This document shows, piece after piece, positions 62,589-64,000 of a stretch of DNA of 64,000 nucleotides; position 1 is the stretch's first letter, and every line of letters begins with the position of its first letter. The notes beneath the pieces were generated by a model, which saw nothing but the letters and a program-made list of their open reading frames with translations, was not told where the DNA came from and did no database searches. The DNA is from Macrostomum lignano. Lineage: Eukaryota. Made by a program: the position numbers and the translations under genes. The DNA lies in the NCBI GenBank assembly GCA_002269645.1, contig NIVC01001145.1, positions 248,001-312,000 of the forward strand. The letters run 5' to 3'.

Positions 62589-63665
62589 TCTAGATAGAGT
62601 GACTGTTGCAGCTGAAGTGACCCCATTGCAGCTGAAGTGACCCCATTGCAGCTGAAGTGACCCCATTGCAGCAGAGTGACTATTGCAGCTGATGTGACCC
62701 CATTGCAGCAGAGTGACTGTTGCAGCTGAAGTGACCCCATTGCAGCTGAGTGACTATTGCAGCTGATGTGACCCCATTGCAGCAGAGTGACTGTTGCAGC
62801 TGAAGTGACCCCATTGCAGCTGAAGTGACCCCATTGCAGCAGAGTGACTATTGCAGCTGATGTGACCCCATTGCAGCAGAGTGACTATTGCAGCTGATGT
62901 GACCCCATTGCAGCAGAGTGACTGTTGCAGCTGAAGTGACCCCATTGCAGCAGAGTGACTATTGCAGCTGATGTGACCCCATTGCAGCAGAGTGACTGTT
63001 GCAGCTGAAGTGACCCCATTGCAGCAGAGTGACTATTGCAGCTGATGTGACCCCATTGCAGCAGAGTGACTGTTGCAGCTGAAGTGACCCCATTGCAGCT
63101 GAAGTGACCCCATTGCAGCAGAGTGACTATTGCAGCTGATGTGACCCCATTGCAGCAGAGTGACTATTGCAGCTGATGTGACCCCATTGCAGCAGAGTGA
63201 CTGTTGCAGCTGAAGTGACCCCATTGCAGCAGAGTGACTATTGCAGCTGATGTGACCCCATTGCAGCAGAGTGACTGTTGCAGCTGAAGTGACCCCATTG
63301 CAGCAGAGTGACTGTTGCAGCTGAAGTGACCCCATTGCAGCAGAGTGACTATTGCAGCTGATGTGACCCCATTGCAGCAGAGTGACCCCATTCTAGATAG
63401 TGACCTAATTGCAGCTGGAATGACCCCATTGCAGCTAGAGTGAACCCCATTCTAGATAGAGTGACCTAATTGCAGCTGGAATGACCCCATTGCAGCTAGA
63501 GTGAACCCCATTCTAGATAGAGTGACCCCATGTCCCCATTACAGCATATGTGAACCCATTACAGCATATGTGAACCCATTACAGCTAGAGTGACCCCATT
63601 ACAGCTAGAGTGAGCGCCATTCTAGATAGAGTGACCCTATTGCGGCTGGAGTGACCCCATTGTAA
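62589..63665. repeat. Same satellite family, right part, with diverged 20-42 bp units
   Basis: gtgaccccattgcagc core shared with 60690-61479. Confidence 0.95.
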
Positions 63666-64000
63666 ATAGAACCCAATCATGAATGCTATAAATGCAATGA
63701 AAACAGTCTGCCCATCTGCATTTCCAGTTCGCCTGCAGAACAGAACCCTGAGATTACGTAACCCTCACTTCAGTCCCAGGCATGAAGCGAGCCAACCCAC
63801 AGTTCGCAACTCCTTCTCTGGGTTCATCCGAGGTCAGCACTGACCCCTGCCTGCTAGATCGAAAGCGTCTGAGGCCCACCGCTGCGGCCTCTGCAGCTCC
63901 AAACAGATTGAAGTCTATGACTAAACAGTTGAGCAGTAGTAGTCTCGTAATTCGCAAGGATGCTGCACTGCAGCGGAAGCAGCTGCATCCTATGCAGCAA

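Noticed and set aside
63754-64000. Possible minus-strand exon at the right edge (donor-like GAA|gtgagg near 63765)
   Set aside because: Two frames look equally plausible, no motif was recognised, and it is truncated by the window edge

Overview
Eukaryotic (metazoan) genomic DNA with GT-AG introns, many different minisatellites and (GACA)n/(GATT)n/(GATA)n tracts. The style suggests a free-living flatworm such as Macrostomum lignano; this is an inference, not shown by the sequence. Genes I could reconstruct by hand: (1) a villin/gelsolin-family gene on the minus strand (exons 795-1172, 5161-5264, probably 10822-10981), downstream of a TATA/CArG/MEF2/AP-1 promoter near 11.35-11.7 kb; (2) a KSR/Raf-family pseudokinase on the minus strand (at least 8 exons, 17744-29884); (3) an intronless sphingomyelin synthase nested antisense inside one of its introns; (4) an unidentified terminal exon (38640-39092, minus); (5) a shootin-1-like coiled-coil/polyproline gene on the plus strand (43181-47431); (6) an ARL5 GTPase (58494-59027). 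Mobile DNA includes a decayed mariner, a THAP/P-type transposase remnant, a tRNA-derived CORE-like SINE, a very young non-autonomous LTR element nested in a TIR element, and several foldback MITEs. The best lead is that two ORFs (ARL5 and the candidate upstream villin exon) start in phase 0 directly at a splice acceptor and have no genomic ATG. This is what is expected if the AUG at the 3' end of the flatworm spliced leader supplies Met1. Most ORFs in the supplied track are tandem-repeat artefacts.
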